From positions 1 through 26,057 of IMG/VR virus record IMGVR_UViG_3300032335_000060: a stretch of DNA of 26,057 nucleotides; one strand, 5' to 3'. Positions 24,535 through 26,057 of this stretch are shown here, piece after piece; position 1 is the first letter of the stretch; every line of letters starts with the position of its first letter. The stretch is from a virus (Duplodnaviria > Caudoviricetes). Under the pieces are notes generated by a model. It made no database searches. It was not told the origin of the DNA and was given only the letters and a program-made list of their open reading frames with translations. The position numbers and the translations under genes were made by a program.

Positions 24535-24936
24535 TCAAGCCCATCCCTCAATCGACCCTGAATAGCCATCTGCCCTGGCACGCGTGCGCTGCTCAGCCAA
24601 CGTCAAGTTCGGCAGCAGCTTGTCATGCTTGAACGCCCAGCGGCACATCGAAGCCAGCAGCATGGCACTGCCGATCTCTGACGACGTGTTCTTTGTGATC
24701 GGCGCCTGGTCACGCTCAAGCGATCGCACCTCAGCAACCTTCTCCACCTTCAGCTCAGGCTTGTCCACCGGCGTCGGTGGCAGCTCTCTTGCGATCACCT
24801 TGCGGTAGCCGCGCACAAGCAGCACCGACACATGGACGCCATGCTTGCGACGCAGCGCCTTCACGATCGCCACATCATCAGCCACCGCCATCGTCAGCAG
24901 CTCAATATCGTTTCTCATCTCTTGCGTAAGTACCAT
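24535..24936 (-). CDS. Hypothetical protein
   Basis: SD AAAGGAG before ATG-ATG at 24939/24936; first gene of the minus-strand block. Confidence 0.6.
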   Translation of the reverse strand: MVLTQEMRNDIELLTMAVADDVAIVKALRRKHGVHVSVLLVRGYRKVIARELPPTPVDKPELKVEKVAEVRSLERDQAPITKNTSSEIGSAMLLASMCRWAFKHDKLLPNLTLAEQRTRARADGYSGSIEGWA

Positions 24937-25009
24937 CATGTGCTCCTTTGTTTTCGAGGTAACCATGACACCAAGCGATTGGTTGCACAACCCCCAACAA
25001 ATAAAAAAT

Positions 25010-25246
25010 CAGCAGCACAGCATTTACAGCGCAGCAAGCCCCCAGCTCGCAGCAGCAACAACAGCACAGCGGGGCTGGCTAAAGCCAAGCCCCCGATGCT
25101 GCGCTGTTTTGCTGCATTTCTCGCTTGCTGCAGCACGTGCAGCATGCCCTTGCAGCAACCTAAATGCTGCGCTGGCTAGTAATTGCTTGCATAGCTAAAT
25201 GCTGGCTAGTGATCGCTTGCATATTTATTTTCATAGGGGGCTTGCA
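25010..25246. repeat. Non-coding inverted/direct repeat region (candidate origin or packaging site)
   Basis: Imperfect palindrome 25052-25115; 23-bp direct repeats at 25171 and 25201; many GCAGC/GCTGC and GCTTGC motifs. Confidence 0.6.
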
Positions 25247-25269
25247 AGTATCTACTTGCGCTGTATAAT
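25242..25269 (+). promoter_or_regulatory. Strong sigma70-type promoter
   Basis: TTGCAA-N16-TATAAT with an AT-rich upstream tract (atatttattttcat); ~33 nt before the ATG at 25302. Confidence 0.7.
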
Positions 25270-25301
25270 GAGGCATCAAGCAAGCAAAGGAGACTATCAA
25301 A

Positions 25302-25556
25302 ATGACGACCGTTGAACTCTACAAACAAGCAGCCGGTATCAAGAGCCGCACAAATCGCGAGGCGGTTGTGGGCTTGATCGGTTCAGGCGAAACCAACGCC
25401 AACGATACGTTCTTCGAGCAGGGCCGTGAAGGCCATGAGTACTTCGGTGCTGACTGGAACGAGTTGGCACTGGGCAGCATCGGCAACCTTTTGGCTTGCG
25501 GCGAAGGCGGCAAGGTTGTCGCCGATTGGTTCTGGAACCGTGGCGTACGTTTTTAA
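25302..25556 (+). CDS. Small hypothetical (early-type) protein
   Basis: SD AAGGAG; 84 aa; directly under the promoter. Confidence 0.75.
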   Translation: MTTVELYKQAAGIKSRTNREAVVGLIGSGETNANDTFFEQGREGHEYFGADWNELALGSIGNLLACGEGGKVVADWFWNRGVRF

Positions 25557-25582
25557 TATCAAGCAAGCAAAGGGACTACAAA

Positions 25583-26057
25583 ATGGAACAAATGATATTT
25601 ACCAAAAGCGACGGCGGTCGAGCAGCCGCAGGTTTCAAGGGCAGCGCTGGCGACTGTGTTGCCCGCGCTGTAGCGATCGCATCCGGCAGACCATACGCCG
25701 AAGTTTATGCGGCGCTGGCGAAGGGCACTGGCGCTCAACGCGCCGGGAAATGCGGGAAGCGCCGCGCTAGTGCCCGCAACGGCATCAACACTACGCGCAA
25801 GTGGTTCAAAGATTACATGGCCAGCCTTGGTTTTGTTTGGGTGCCGACGATGACCATTGGTAGTGGCTGCAAGGTTCACTTAGCCAAGGGCGAACTGCCG
25901 ATGGGCCGACTTGTAGTAAGCCTGTCCAAACACATGGCTGCGGTGATCGACGGCGCTATTCACGACACGCACGACCCGTCACGCATGGGCAGCGTTCTGG
26001 CGGCAGACGGACAATGGCGGATGACTGCCCGCTGCGTTTACGGCTATTGGTTGTTAC
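25583..26057 (+). CDS. Hypothetical protein with possible Cys-His-Asp (papain/C39-like) motif; truncated at window end
   Basis: Not in the ORF track; read manually: MEQMIFTKSDGGRAAAGFKGSAGDCVARAVAIASGRPYAEVY...LVVSLSKHMAAVIDGAIHDTHDPSR...RCVYGYWLL; open to the end of the window. Confidence 0.75.
   Translation, partial: MEQMIFTKSDGGRAAAGFKGSAGDCVARAVAIASGRPYAEVYAALAKGTGAQRAGKCGKRRASARNGINTTRKWFKDYMASLGFVWVPTMTIGSGCKVHLAKGELPMGRLVVSLSKHMAAVIDGAIHDTHDPSRMGSVLAADGQWRMTARCVYGYWLL

Noticed and set aside
24832-25198. Short ORFs spanning the repeat region (24832..25179, 24845..25198, 24936..25145)
   Set aside because: Low-complexity translations of the GCA/TGC repeats without a convincing RBS.
25010-25246. 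CRISPR array
   Set aside because: Only two imperfect 23-bp copies with a 7-nt gap; no regular repeat-spacer structure and no cas genes.
1-26057. tRNA/rRNA genes, integrase, tape measure protein, programmed tail frameshift
   Set aside because: No supporting motifs were seen by eye in this window; they may lie elsewhere in the genome.

Overview
The window is part of a tailed dsDNA phage (Caudoviricetes) genome or prophage, GC-rich and probably podovirus-like, as no tape-measure or tail-tube gene is seen here. Almost all of it (1-24,936) is one minus-strand morphogenesis region. In transcription order it encodes TerS, TerL, portal, two small proteins, a GroES-like co-chaperonin, scaffold, an unknown protein, a capsid cement-like protein and a Mu gpT-like major capsid protein. 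An inserted Zn-finger/endonuclease VII gene follows, then small virion proteins, three basic mosaic proteins punctuated by [F/Y/M]xxGG motifs, a head-tail adaptor and a long Gly/Thr-rich fibre. Next come three small adaptor-like proteins, three paralogous Kelch-like beta-propeller proteins (24 blades, all ending HGGL), a coiled-coil protein, a GT-A glycosyltransferase, a ferritin/Dps-like protein and small membrane/lipoprotein genes. A repeat-rich non-coding region (~25,010-25,246) separates this from a divergent sigma70-type promoter and two plus-strand genes with duplicated leaders. The most interesting signals are a candidate modular, possibly glycosylated multi-propeller fibre-tip system, candidate GG-punctuated polyproteins, a double-pseudoknot RNA downstream of the capsid gene, and a terminator/RBS-sequestering hairpin with an embedded promoter ahead of the endonuclease. 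All functional calls come from motif recognition by eye; no database searches were run.
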